Positions 21,258 through 30,289 of a DNA stretch of 64,000 bases are shown in pieces. The stretch covers positions 5,208,001-5,272,000 of the forward strand of contig CAKKNE010000004.1 of the NCBI GenBank assembly GCA_918797485.1, given 5' to 3'. Under the pieces are notes generated by a model. The model searched no databases, had not been told where the DNA came from, and saw only the letters and a program-made list of their open reading frames with translations. The first letter of the stretch is position 1, and the number at the start of each line of letters is the position of its first letter. This DNA is from Pelagomonas calceolata (lineage: Eukaryota). The position numbers were made by a program, and so were the translations under genes.

Positions 21258-21430
21258 CCGCCATTCTACCCTAGTTTATATTATCTTCATCTTACTGTTC
21301 CGTGGGGTGGGCTTGGCACCGGGCTTGCAAGCTCGATGTTCTCTCTCAGGCCCGGGCTATAGTTCATAGTTGCTTCGTCTTACTGCTCGGTGCGCAGACT
21401 TGGGTCTTGGGGGCGTCGGCGCGCAAGTCG

Positions 21431-21943
21431 CTAGAGCACCGCAGCGGGCTGCGCGAGGCCGGGGTCGGCCGGCAGGGCTTTGCGGTTCGCGAAGCTGGCG
21501 CGTCGGGCCGTCGGCCGCGGCGAGGCCCACTGGCGGAGCTGCGTGACGGACCGGACGGCGCTGCGGAGGCGCGAAACGACGGACTTGCGCGCCGTCTTGG
21601 GCCGCGGCTGGGGCGACTGGCCCGTGTAGCCGGGTGGGAAATTCCAGCCACGCGACGAGAAGGACCACGACCGCCGCGGCGGGCTCGGCTCCGCGTACCG
21701 CCGGTTCTCCTTCATCGGTCGCTTGGGCACGAAGCGCTTGCGTCCCGAGGTGTGCGGCGTGTGGCCGGCAAAGATGCGGCGCAAGAACGAAGGCGGCCGG
21801 TCTTCGAGCGTCGGACGCTCCTGTGCTGCCGGTGCCTCCGCCGATGCTCGCATCGTTTCGTCGCTCGCGCTGCTCAATGTGCGGTTTAACTTGTTGTGGA
21901 CTTGTGGGGCAGCATTTTCGACGTCGTCGAGGACCAGCGCCAT
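21431..21943 (-). CDS. Hypothetical basic protein
   Basis: Open frame filling the gap between genes; no recognisable motif; start uncertain. Confidence 0.35.
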   Translation of the reverse strand: MALVLDDVENAAPQVHNKLNRTLSSASDETMRASAEAPAAQERPTLEDRPPSFLRRIFAGHTPHTSGRKRFVPKRPMKENRRYAEPSPPRRSWSFSSRGWNFPPGYTGQSPQPRPKTARKSVVSRLRSAVRSVTQLRQWASPRPTARRASFANRKALPADPGLAQPAAVL

Positions 21944-22290
21944 TGTTTGGGCAGCTTTGTATGCGAGTTTACGAGCTTCGAGTTGGACTCTGTTATATTC
22001 CTGGAACTCTCCCGCCCTGGGGCGAGTAACCAATTTAAACTGGTATGACTCTATGCAAAGCTCCATCTACGTCGCACATAAACGTGGCGATCGATTGCGA
22101 GGTCACACAAAACCCGAGCTCGAGCGACGGGATCACGTGAGCAGCGCAAAACGCGTGATTGCCGCAGTGTTGCACAAAGTGACTGAAAACAGAGACAATT
22201 GCATCGCTGCGACTGCTAGCTTAACGCGCGCCACCGCTGCCGGACATCCACCGCAAGACTGCACACTGCACTCAGCTGCACACTGCAAAC

Positions 22291-22342
22291 GCACAGCTGC
22301 AAAGCGCACAGCTGCAAAGCGCACAGCTGCAAAGCGCACAGC
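22291..22342. repeat. 15-bp tandem repeat GCACAGCTGCAAAGC x3+ in the 5' leader
   Basis: Directly visible upstream of ATG 22369. Confidence 0.9.
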
Positions 22343-22368
22343 CGGCACGCCGCAGCGATAAATAAACC

Positions 22369-22788
22369 ATGGCGAAAAAGGGTGGCCACCGCACGAAATC
22401 GAAACCGGGCTCGGGCTCGAAGATCAAAAAGTACAAGCGCGGCCGCGACACCAAGCGGCGGCGGCGCGACGTCGAGCAAGTCTTCGACGACATGACGAAG
22501 AAGGAGCAGCTCGAAACGGCGCAGCCCTTCGATGATGACCTGCCGGGCTGCGGCCAGTTCTACTGCGTCGAGACGGCGCGATACTTCGTGGACCAGAAGG
22601 CGCTCGACGACCACAAGAAGTCGCGGGCCTACAAGCGGCGCGTCAAGGAGCTCAAGGAGGAGACGCCCTTCACGCAGAAAGATGCGGAGGCCGCGGCGGG
22701 CATGACAAAGGAGCGGCTGCCGAGCGCGGCGGAGTCGCGAGCTAAAGCCGAGGCGAAGAAGGGCCACCGCATGACGGACGATGATTAA
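22369..22788 (+). CDS. BUD20: Zinc finger protein 593 / Bud20 (60S biogenesis)
   Basis: RRRDVEQV..DDDLPGCGQFYCVETARYF..HKKSRAYKRRVKELKE..PFTQKDAEAAAG. Confidence 0.92.
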   Translation: MAKKGGHRTKSKPGSGSKIKKYKRGRDTKRRRRDVEQVFDDMTKKEQLETAQPFDDDLPGCGQFYCVETARYFVDQKALDDHKKSRAYKRRVKELKEETPFTQKDAEAAAGMTKERLPSAAESRAKAEAKKGHRMTDDD

Positions 22789-22959
22789 CAACTGTGTGTG
22801 TAATAGACGCATACGGCTCGCGTGATAACGCTTGCGTGCGGGGCCCGTTAGCGCCGCGGCGCGGCAGTGGCAGCGTGCGTGCGGTATCGTCGTCACCTGG
22901 ACGCCACAGTGGGGCAGCCCGCGCCATGCGTACGACAAAAAAAGCATGAGTGGTGGGGC

Positions 22960-25142
22960 ATGAACGTGCGGCGCCCACCGGAAGCACCGGACGACCTGCG
23001 GCGCCGGCCCGGGAGGGCGTTCTCGTCGAAGTATGCCCTGGAGCTGCCACCGCCCGTCAGCGGCAGCTTCGCGACGCTCCCCCGGCGCCGCGCAGCGGTG
23101 GCGAAGAAGCAGGCGGAGCTCCGGCGCCAGGCGCTGGTCGAAGTTGCACTGGAGCGCCAGATCTGGCTCGAGAACGCGGAGAAGGACCGCATTGCGCGGA
23201 CCATCGTCCGCATCGCGCGGCGCCTGGACGGGGAGCGCCGGGCTGTGATTGCTCGGGAGGACGCGGCCTTCCGCGCCGGCGCGCGCGAGGCCGCCGTGGC
23301 GATCGAAACGTGCTGGCGCCGGCACGCGCGGTCGAGCGCCTGGCCGCGCGTCAAGGCCGCTTATTTTAGGGTCCTGGACGCGTGGGCGCAGCTGTACCGC
23401 GCCGCGCGCGAGGACGCGGCGCTGCGAGCGCGGCGACGGGCGGCGCGGGCACAGGTCGCGACGCCGCTCCAGACCCTGTGGCGCGCGCGCCTCGCGCGCC
23501 GCGAGCTGGCGCGGCGGCGACGCGCGCGCGACCTCATGACGAGATTCATCACTGAAGGAGTCATACCGCTCCAGACCAAGTGCCGCATGCTCCTCGCGCG
23601 CCGCGAGCTTTTACGGCGGCGGCGCGAGCTCGAGCGGCGGCGCCGCGCGGAGCGCGCGCGGCAGCAGGCCTACGTCATCGCGACGCGCGCGGTGCGGCGG
23701 TGGCTGCGGTGGCGGTTCCTCCAGAAGGTCCGGCGGTGCGTGCATCTCCACCTCGCGCGGCACCGGCTGCTGCAGCGATCCATGCAAACCGTCGCGAGCG
23801 CGGTCGCGCGACCGCCGGTCCGCGAGGCGGTCGCGCTCGTCGCGGTCGCAACTGCGTGCGCGGGCGCTTCCATGAGCGAGGCGGTCGCGGTCGCCGCGGA
23901 GCGGGAGCGCGTCGCCGAAGAGCAGCGCCGCTGGGAGGAGGAACTGCGACGCCAGATCGCCGCGGCCATCGAAGCGGCCAAGGCCCGCGTCGCGACGCCG
24001 CTCCAGACCCGGTTCCGCGCGCGGCGCGCGCGGCGGCGCTACGTCGCGATCTGTGTGGAAATCAAAATTTTACGGCGCGTAGGCGTCGCGTCGATGGCGT
24101 GGTGATGCCGGTTCCTCACACAGGTCGCGATGCGGGCCGCCGCGGTGCGCATCGCGGGCTGGCGGCGGCGGCTGGCCTGGGCGCGGTTGTGCGCGGCCGA
24201 GGCACGGCGGCGCGAGGAGGAACGGCAACGGCGCGCGCTGCAGGTGATCTGGAAGGTCGTCGTCCCGTGGCTGGCGCGGCGGGCGCTGCGATTTAAGAAG
24301 CGGCGCCTCGCGGTGCTGCGAGGGATGATCCGGGTCAAGGGCTACGCGCGGCGGCAGGCGACGCGCCAGGATCACTGGTGGGACCTGGCCGGCGAGCGCG
24401 CGCTCGACGTCGCCGGGGAGAGCTACCGGGCGGCGAAGGAGGCCGCTCGCCTCGCGACGGCCATGGCGCAGCACGCCGTCACGGTCTGTGTGGAAATCAA
24501 AATTTTACGGCGCGTTCGTGCTGAATCGCCGCGTCGTCCTCCACGCCATCGATGCGACGCCTGCTCGATGGCGTGGCGACGCCGGTTCCTCACTGCACGA
24601 CGGAGCCACCAAAGGTAGCGTCATCGCCGAGAAATGACGTAGTGAAGAATTATCGGGTGCACCCAACGCACTGGTTGATTTCCACACAGGTCACGGTGTG
24701 GAAACAGACCCAGGAGCTCGACCGCCGCCTGAACATGCTCATGATCGCGCGCGCGCAGCGCCTCGCCGCGCGGGCGGCGAAGCGGGTGCGCGAGATCGAC
24801 CTCAGCGGCGTCCCCAAGTTCTGCCGGACCCTGCCGCGCCGGTTCGCGCTGAAGCGCTTCGAGGACGAGCGGTTGCAGATCCTACAGCGGAGCACGCAAC
24901 GGGTCGCGTTCCTGAGGCAGCTCGCGGCCCGCGCGCCGAAGCCGGCCGAGGCCGCGCCCGCGCCCGTTTTCAAGCCGCGGTGGAAGAAGCCGCGGACACG
25001 GCCGCCACCGCCGGAGCCGGAACCGGCCGCGCCGCCCGCGCGACGAGCGACGCGGCTGCTCAGCGCCGTGCGGTGGGGGCGCATCCAGGCGGTGCACGCG
25101 GGGACGGCGCCGACGAGGCCTCCGCCGCCGCCGCCTTGCTGA
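22960..25142 (+). CDS. Arg-rich protein with IQ-like repeats; exons 22960-24042, 24124-24477, 24690-25142
   Basis: Repeated VATPLQTxxRARxARR motifs; three ORFs join exactly on removing two introners (629 aa). Confidence 0.75.
24051..24123 (+). mobile_element. Introner copy 5 (internally deleted); intron 24043-24123 GT-AG
   Basis: Perfect TSD GTCGCGAT at 24043-24050 and 24124-24131. Confidence 0.95.
24486..24689 (+). mobile_element. Full-length introner copy 6 (204 bp); intron 24478-24689 GT-AG
   Basis: Perfect 15-bp TIRs; perfect TSD GTCACGGT at 24478-24485 and 24690-24697. Confidence 0.97.
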
Positions 25143-25285
25143 AACGCCGAGTAATTTGAGATTGTTAGTGAACCTTGACACTACCGCACCACCCTGCACT
25201 GTTCCGGGTGAACCGAAATTGGTGAAGTGCACGTCAAACCCAAGCCGGTACGCAATCACAGCGGCGGACAAAACCCGTCCGTAGT

Positions 25286-25309
25286 GCTAGTGTCTTACAC
25301 GCCGCTAGC
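25286..25309 (+). promoter_or_regulatory. Recurrent upstream motif GCTAGTGTCTTACACGCCGCTAGC
   Basis: 116 bp upstream of ATG 25426. Confidence 0.55.
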
Positions 25310-25425
25310 TCGCGAAGCGCAAAAAAAAGCTCGCACAGCTCGCACAGAGCTCAGCACCCCAGCTTTGCTGCCTCGGGCTACAGCCGCACAGCTCGCGCAC
25401 AGCTCGCACTGGTCGTTTTGCAGCA

Positions 25426-26589
25426 ATGCCACCGCTTAAGCTAGTAGAGCTGGTCAAGCAGAGAGGACAGTCGTCGAGCACTACTGCTCGCAAGGCGTTC
25501 GTGAATGCTGCAGCCGCCACAGCTGCCAAAGAGCAGGGCAACAAATTACTGGCGCAAAATGACCTCTTAGCCGCGTACGCGCAATACTCCGCCGGCCTGG
25601 CGAGCGCCGACGCGAGCGACGCGGCAAAACTTTTCGGCAACCGCTCCGCCGCGGCGCTCAAGCTAGGCTGGCCCGACGCCGCGATCGAGGACGCCTGCGC
25701 CGCGGTTTCGGCGGACGTAACTTATGCGAGAGGTTGGTTCCGCCTGGCGGCCGCGCTCGTCGAGGCCGGCGATCCGCTCGCGACCGATGCGTGCGGGTAC
25801 GCCGCCGACCTGGCGCCGCGGGACCCGGGGCCGGCGCGGCTGTTCGAGCGCGCGCGCCACGAGGACGCGGAGCGCTACAAACCTGGGAAGGCGACGATGG
25901 TCGCCGTCGCCGTGGCGCCCGCGCCCGCGGAGACCGAGGAGACAGATGCCGCCGACGACAGCGACGCCAGCGACGGCGACGACGCGTCGGAGCGCGTCGT
26001 CAGCCTCGCCCTCGCGACGCGCACGCAAACGAGCGGCGGGACTGTGTGGGACGCGTCGGTCCTGCTGGCGTCGTGGCTCGCGACGGATCCAACGATCGTG
26101 CGGGGGCGCAACGTCCTGGAGCTGGGCGCTGGCTGCGGCGCCGTCGGCCTGAGCTGCGCGGCGCTCGGCGCCCGCCACGTGGCGCTGACTGATTTTGATG
26201 CCGGCGTCGTGGAACTGTTGAAGGAGAACGCGCGGAACAACTATCTCCGCGCGGGCTGCGACTGCTATGAGCTCGACGTGGCGAAGCCACCTACAGAGCC
26301 GCGTGCGGAATTCGACCTCGTGGTCGGCTCCGAGTGCGTGTACTACGGTGCCTGCGACGCCGTGCCGGCCCTTGTCGAGGCGTCAGTCGGCAAGGACGGT
26401 GACTTGTGCGGCGTTTTCTGCATGGCCGACTCGCGCGCCGGCATCGACGCGTTCGCGACCGCCGCGCGGAAGCGCTTCCGCTACGAGCGGCGGCCGTTCC
26501 CGCGGCCGCTCCGGCGCCGCGCGCGGCGGCTCAACGCCGAGCTCGCGGCCGAGAACACGTACAGCCTGCACCTCCTCTATCGCATGTAA
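25426..26589 (+). CDS. TPR domain + seven-beta-strand lysine methyltransferase (METTL21/Methyltransf_16)
   Basis: KEQGNKLL..GNRSAAALKLG TPRs; SGGTVWDASVLLA, VLELGAGCG, VALTDF, DLVVGSECVY. Confidence 0.88.
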   Translation: MPPLKLVELVKQRGQSSSTTARKAFVNAAAATAAKEQGNKLLAQNDLLAAYAQYSAGLASADASDAAKLFGNRSAAALKLGWPDAAIEDACAAVSADVTYARGWFRLAAALVEAGDPLATDACGYAADLAPRDPGPARLFERARHEDAERYKPGKATMVAVAVAPAPAETEETDAADDSDASDGDDASERVVSLALATRTQTSGGTVWDASVLLASWLATDPTIVRGRNVLELGAGCGAVGLSCAALGARHVALTDFDAGVVELLKENARNNYLRAGCDCYELDVAKPPTEPRAEFDLVVGSECVYYGACDAVPALVEASVGKDGDLCGVFCMADSRAGIDAFATAARKRFRYERRPFPRPLRRRARRLNAELAAENTYSLHLLYRM

Positions 26590-26590
26590 C

Positions 26591-26654
26591 CCGCTCCGGC
26601 GCCGGGCGCGGCGGCTCAATGCCGTATGGCCTGCACCTCCTCTATCGAATGTAG
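26591..26654 (+). repeat. Diverged tandem copy of the last exon segment (26506-26589)
   Basis: CCGCTCCGGCGCCG..CTGCACCTCCTCTATCG.ATGTA repeated right after the stop, with a 20-bp deletion. Confidence 0.85.
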
Positions 26655-26688
26655 TAATTGTACTTTTCTATCAACTTGAAAAGGGTCC

Positions 26689-28080
26689 TTATTCCTCTAG
26701 CCCGAGCGCCCGCCGCCGTTCGGCGTCGACCACGAGGATCGGAGTCGGCGGCGCGTCCCCGCGCTGGCGCGCAAGCCGCTCGGTGGCCTCGGTGACGTGG
26801 GCCAGCATGTCGTGGAGCGCGTTCGCGAAGATATGTTTCTGTGCTTTCATGTGGTGCTTGGCGCAGCCGCCCGGCGCGTCGGGGACGGACTCGTCGCCGT
26901 CCCGCTCCAGCGTGCGCAGGTGTTCGACGATCGCCTTCTGTGGCGTCAACCGGGGCGCGCACGCGTGCGCCCTGAGCGGGTCGGCGCCTGCGTCGAGCAG
27001 TGCCTTGACGACGGCGACCCGGCGCTGCGGCAGCTCCGGGTCGCTGCCGCCCGCGGGGCTCCGCCCGAGCCAGCAACATGGGCACAAAACGTCGCCGTCG
27101 TGCCAGACTCCACAACCCATTAATAACGGCGGCCCGACGGCGCGGCCCGCGTCGGGGTCCGCGCCGGCCGCCAGCAGGGCCTCGACGCCGCGCGCCGCGC
27201 CGTTGTGGACCACGTTCGACAGCGGACTGCTCGGGTCCGCGTCGCCGCCGCGAACATCGGCGCCGCGCGCGAGGAGCAACCTCAAGATCTTCATCGAAGC
27301 GTCCGAGTCGTCGGCGGCGTCGGCCCACGTCGTCAGCGCCGAGGGCAGGTACGCCTTGGACCGGTTCACGTCGACCTCGGGCCGGTCGGCGAGGACCCGG
27401 GCGCAGACGCTCGGCGCGAGCGTCCACTCGACGGCGCACGTCACGGCGAGGTACGGCGGCAGCGCCACGCACAGCTTCGCCAGCGCCGCGTTCACGTCCG
27501 GCGGCGCGCCCCGCCCCAGCTTCGTCGTCCAGTCGTTCGCCTCGCCGCGGCAGTGCACCGTCAGCGACTCGAGCTCCGGCAGCGCGCCGTGGCGCAGCGC
27601 GTCGGCCAGGCCGCCGAGGGCCTGCGCCACGACGCCCTCGGACTCGACGTCGCTCTGGAAGCTGCAGAAGAGGTCGATGACCTCCCAGGACCGCCGCGAC
27701 GCCGTCGCCAGGCCGGCGAGGTGCAGGAGCGCCTCGGGCGTCTCGATCGCGAGCGTCACCTGCCGCGCGCGGCTCAGGCGCAGCCAGACGGCGGGCTGCC
27801 AGAGCACGTGCCGGGCCTTGTCGCGGTCGGGCGCGTGCTCCGCGACCTTGCGCTGCTCGACGACCGAGAGGAAGGGCACGGCGTCGTTGAAGAGCTTGGC
27901 CACGCAGGTGTAGTACATGACGTGCTCGATGAGCAGGTGGTCGAGGATCGGCGCGACGAGCGACGGCCAGACGCGGCGGTTCAGGGGCCGCGGGTCCGCG
28001 ACGACCGCGGCGCGCTTGGGCGCGCGGCGGTGGCGCGCGCGCGGGCGTTTGTGGTCCTTTGTTTTGTTGGACTTGGGCAT
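26689..28080 (-). CDS. Ankyrin-repeat protein
   Basis: ILRLLLARGADV, GVEALLAAGADPD, VVKALLDAGADP. Confidence 0.8.
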   Translation of the reverse strand: MPKSNKTKDHKRPRARHRRAPKRAAVVADPRPLNRRVWPSLVAPILDHLLIEHVMYYTCVAKLFNDAVPFLSVVEQRKVAEHAPDRDKARHVLWQPAVWLRLSRARQVTLAIETPEALLHLAGLATASRRSWEVIDLFCSFQSDVESEGVVAQALGGLADALRHGALPELESLTVHCRGEANDWTTKLGRGAPPDVNAALAKLCVALPPYLAVTCAVEWTLAPSVCARVLADRPEVDVNRSKAYLPSALTTWADAADDSDASMKILRLLLARGADVRGGDADPSSPLSNVVHNGAARGVEALLAAGADPDAGRAVGPPLLMGCGVWHDGDVLCPCCWLGRSPAGGSDPELPQRRVAVVKALLDAGADPLRAHACAPRLTPQKAIVEHLRTLERDGDESVPDAPGGCAKHHMKAQKHIFANALHDMLAHVTEATERLARQRGDAPPTPILVVDAERRRALGLEE

Positions 28081-28320
28081 TGTTTGTTCGCCGACGGCGT
28101 CGGTGGGTTCTGCTGTGCCGTAGCAGTCTTTTTTGGCAGCGAGTGAAGTCTTGTTCGCCTCTTGACTTGGGTTCGGGGCGACTCGAAGTTGTGGTGTTGA
28201 GTACCACTAGACTGGTGTCGGTCTCCGCGAAGGCGCGCGAGCTGCCGGGTCTATGTTTGTGTTCGATAAATAGGCAATGGGCTGTCGGAGCTCATACGTT
28301 TTGCCTAATCCTAGGGCCAC

Positions 28321-28342
28321 CTAGCGTATGTAACACACTTGC
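28321..28342 (-). promoter_or_regulatory. Variant upstream motif (GCAAGTGTGTTACATACGCTAG on minus)
   Basis: About 240 bp upstream of minus-strand ATG 28080. Confidence 0.4.
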
Positions 28343-28506
28343 AATCTGCTCGAGCCGGGGCAAAGTAGCTACGAGCAGCCGCACGCGTCACGCCAGGACT
28401 CGTCAGACTCATTTGATCACTGCACCGTGCCCGGCTCGACTCGTCAGGCGCAGCAGCACTGCTCCTGTATCACTGCACCGTGCCCGGCGCGAGCTCTGGC
28501 AAAGCA

Positions 28507-29343
28507 ATGACCGATTACAAGAAGTGGGACCACCTCGACGTCTCCGACGACGACGACGGCGAGGACGCAGAGGACATCAAACGGCGCCACGCCGACGCCG
28601 TCGACGCGAAGCGCCGCGACGACCTGCGCACGGACGTCGAAAAAGCGATCTCGCGCCGCGCGCCGAATGCTGACGCTGCAGTGGTGGCGGCGTTCGTCTC
28701 GCAGCAGACGAAGGGCGCGGACGCTTTGGACAATCGGGCGCGGCACGTCCACGTCATCGAGGCACTGGCGCACCGGCCCGCTTTGCAGGAGGAGGCGACG
28801 ACCCGCGCGCTGTGCCGGCTCGCGCGGGAAGCGGCCGACACGGGCGACGTGGCCAAGGGGAAACTCTACCTCGAGGCGCTCAACACGCTGGAGGCGTGCC
28901 GCCGCTTTGGCGGGGCGCTTTCACTCTTCGAGCGCATCTGCGCGCCGGCCGACGAGGCGTCCAAGGAGCTGCGGCGGCTCTACTGCAAGGGCGCCTTCGG
29001 CGAGCTGCGGCTGAAGCGCTTCGTGTTCGAGCGCGTCGGCGAGGACCCGCAGATGGCGGCGGCGCTCGATAGACACGAGCGCGAGGTGCTGGCTAAAGTG
29101 CTGCCGCCGCCGCCGCCGCCGCCGCGACCACCGTCGGGGACGCGCTGGCTGTGGTGGCTCTGCGCGGGCGCTGGTATTGCCGCCGCGTCCTCGCGCGTCT
29201 TTGCGCCGCGCGCGGCCGCGCCGCCTCCTCCGGACCTGCAGGCCGAGGAGGAGGCTGAGCTTCTCCGGCAAATCGACGAGGACCAGAAACGCGTCGACGA
29301 GGCGCGGCGGCGGCTCGAGAGTATGCGGAAACGCGGGAGGTGA
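28507..29343 (+). CDS. Hypothetical protein with Cdc37-like N-terminal peptide and one hydrophobic segment
   Basis: MTDYKKWDHLDVSDDD resembles Cdc37 DYSxWDHIEVSDDED; the remainder is not Cdc37-like. Confidence 0.6.
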   Translation: MTDYKKWDHLDVSDDDDGEDAEDIKRRHADAVDAKRRDDLRTDVEKAISRRAPNADAAVVAAFVSQQTKGADALDNRARHVHVIEALAHRPALQEEATTRALCRLAREAADTGDVAKGKLYLEALNTLEACRRFGGALSLFERICAPADEASKELRRLYCKGAFGELRLKRFVFERVGEDPQMAAALDRHEREVLAKVLPPPPPPPRPPSGTRWLWWLCAGAGIAAASSRVFAPRAAAPPPPDLQAEEEAELLRQIDEDQKRVDEARRRLESMRKRGR

Positions 29344-29477
29344 CAAGTAAGAATTAAGCTACCTTGGTGGCGCTTTAGCGCTTCATGCGGCCCTTGGCTT
29401 CTTGGGCTTCGGGTTGCCCGCCGCGACTCGGCGCGAGCCTCGCATCTATTTCTTTGCTTTGCTTAGAGCTAGGCCGC

Positions 29478-29963
29478 CTAGCCACCACGTTCTTTAATGT
29501 ACCTTTGAGTGTCCTCCCTAAAAGCTTGACTCAGCGCCTCGAGCTCCCGGTTTCCTATCTTGGCCAGGGCGACTAGCACGGCCTTGCGCATGGCTTCCTT
29601 CTCGGCATCCGACGTGCAACCAACCGCGAGGTGGTGCTCCAGTCCCGTCGCTGGGTCCGAGTAGTCTCCGAGCTCGCCAATCGTCACCGACGCCGCGGCC
29701 GAGTCGGGGAAAGAAGCGCACGGCGGCGGGCGTCCATAGACAGTGAACTGGCTCAGTTCCCCGAGCGTCGTGCCGCGGTGTGCCTCGGGACCGGGGTAGA
29801 AACCCGACGTCAGCATCAACAGCGACCCGCGTGCGTCGTCGGGCAATTCGTCCATACCGCTCGGGGTACCGACGATGCGGAGCCGTTCGGCCGCCAGGAT
29901 TTTAATAGGGGTGGGCGGACGCCCTGCCGAGAAGTACTGCGCATATAGTGGGCGCACGTTCAT
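29478..29963 (-). CDS. Hypothetical protein
   Basis: 161-aa ATG ORF with globular composition; no motif recognised. Confidence 0.45.
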   Translation of the reverse strand: MNVRPLYAQYFSAGRPPTPIKILAAERLRIVGTPSGMDELPDDARGSLLMLTSGFYPGPEAHRGTTLGELSQFTVYGRPPPCASFPDSAAASVTIGELGDYSDPATGLEHHLAVGCTSDAEKEAMRKAVLVALAKIGNRELEALSQAFREDTQRYIKERGG

Positions 29964-30289
29964 CTGTCTTAGTCTGAGTCTCTGAGAGTCAGAGAGAGTA
30001 CTTAAGCGGTCACGAACTGAGAGTCAGAGAGTGAGATGACACTTGGTGAGATGACAGTGACTTGGTTGTGTGCTGCCAGGTTAATTGTGATGAGTTTCCT
30101 GCGGCCGATGGATAGGTCCGTTTCCTACGGCGTGAACGCTGTTAAGCTCGCGAGGCTCGCGCGCGAGGGCGATGGCACGAAAAACCCGTTTTGATGCGGT
30201 CGCGCGCACCGTGTTTCTTTCCGTGCTACAAGTCGACAGGCGAAAAAAAACAGCCCGGTTTAGTGACTCGGAGGTTCACAAAAGTCTTC

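Noticed and set aside
24505..24687. Recurring peptides such as CVEIKILRRV, MWKSTS and ASMAWR in several ORFs
   Set aside because: These are translations of the introner sequence, not a protein domain.
28507..28560. Calling the gene CDC37
   Set aside because: Similarity is limited to the first 16 residues or so.
29965..30062. GAGA/GAGT-rich stretch
   Set aside because: Low-complexity leader sequence with no defined unit or structure.
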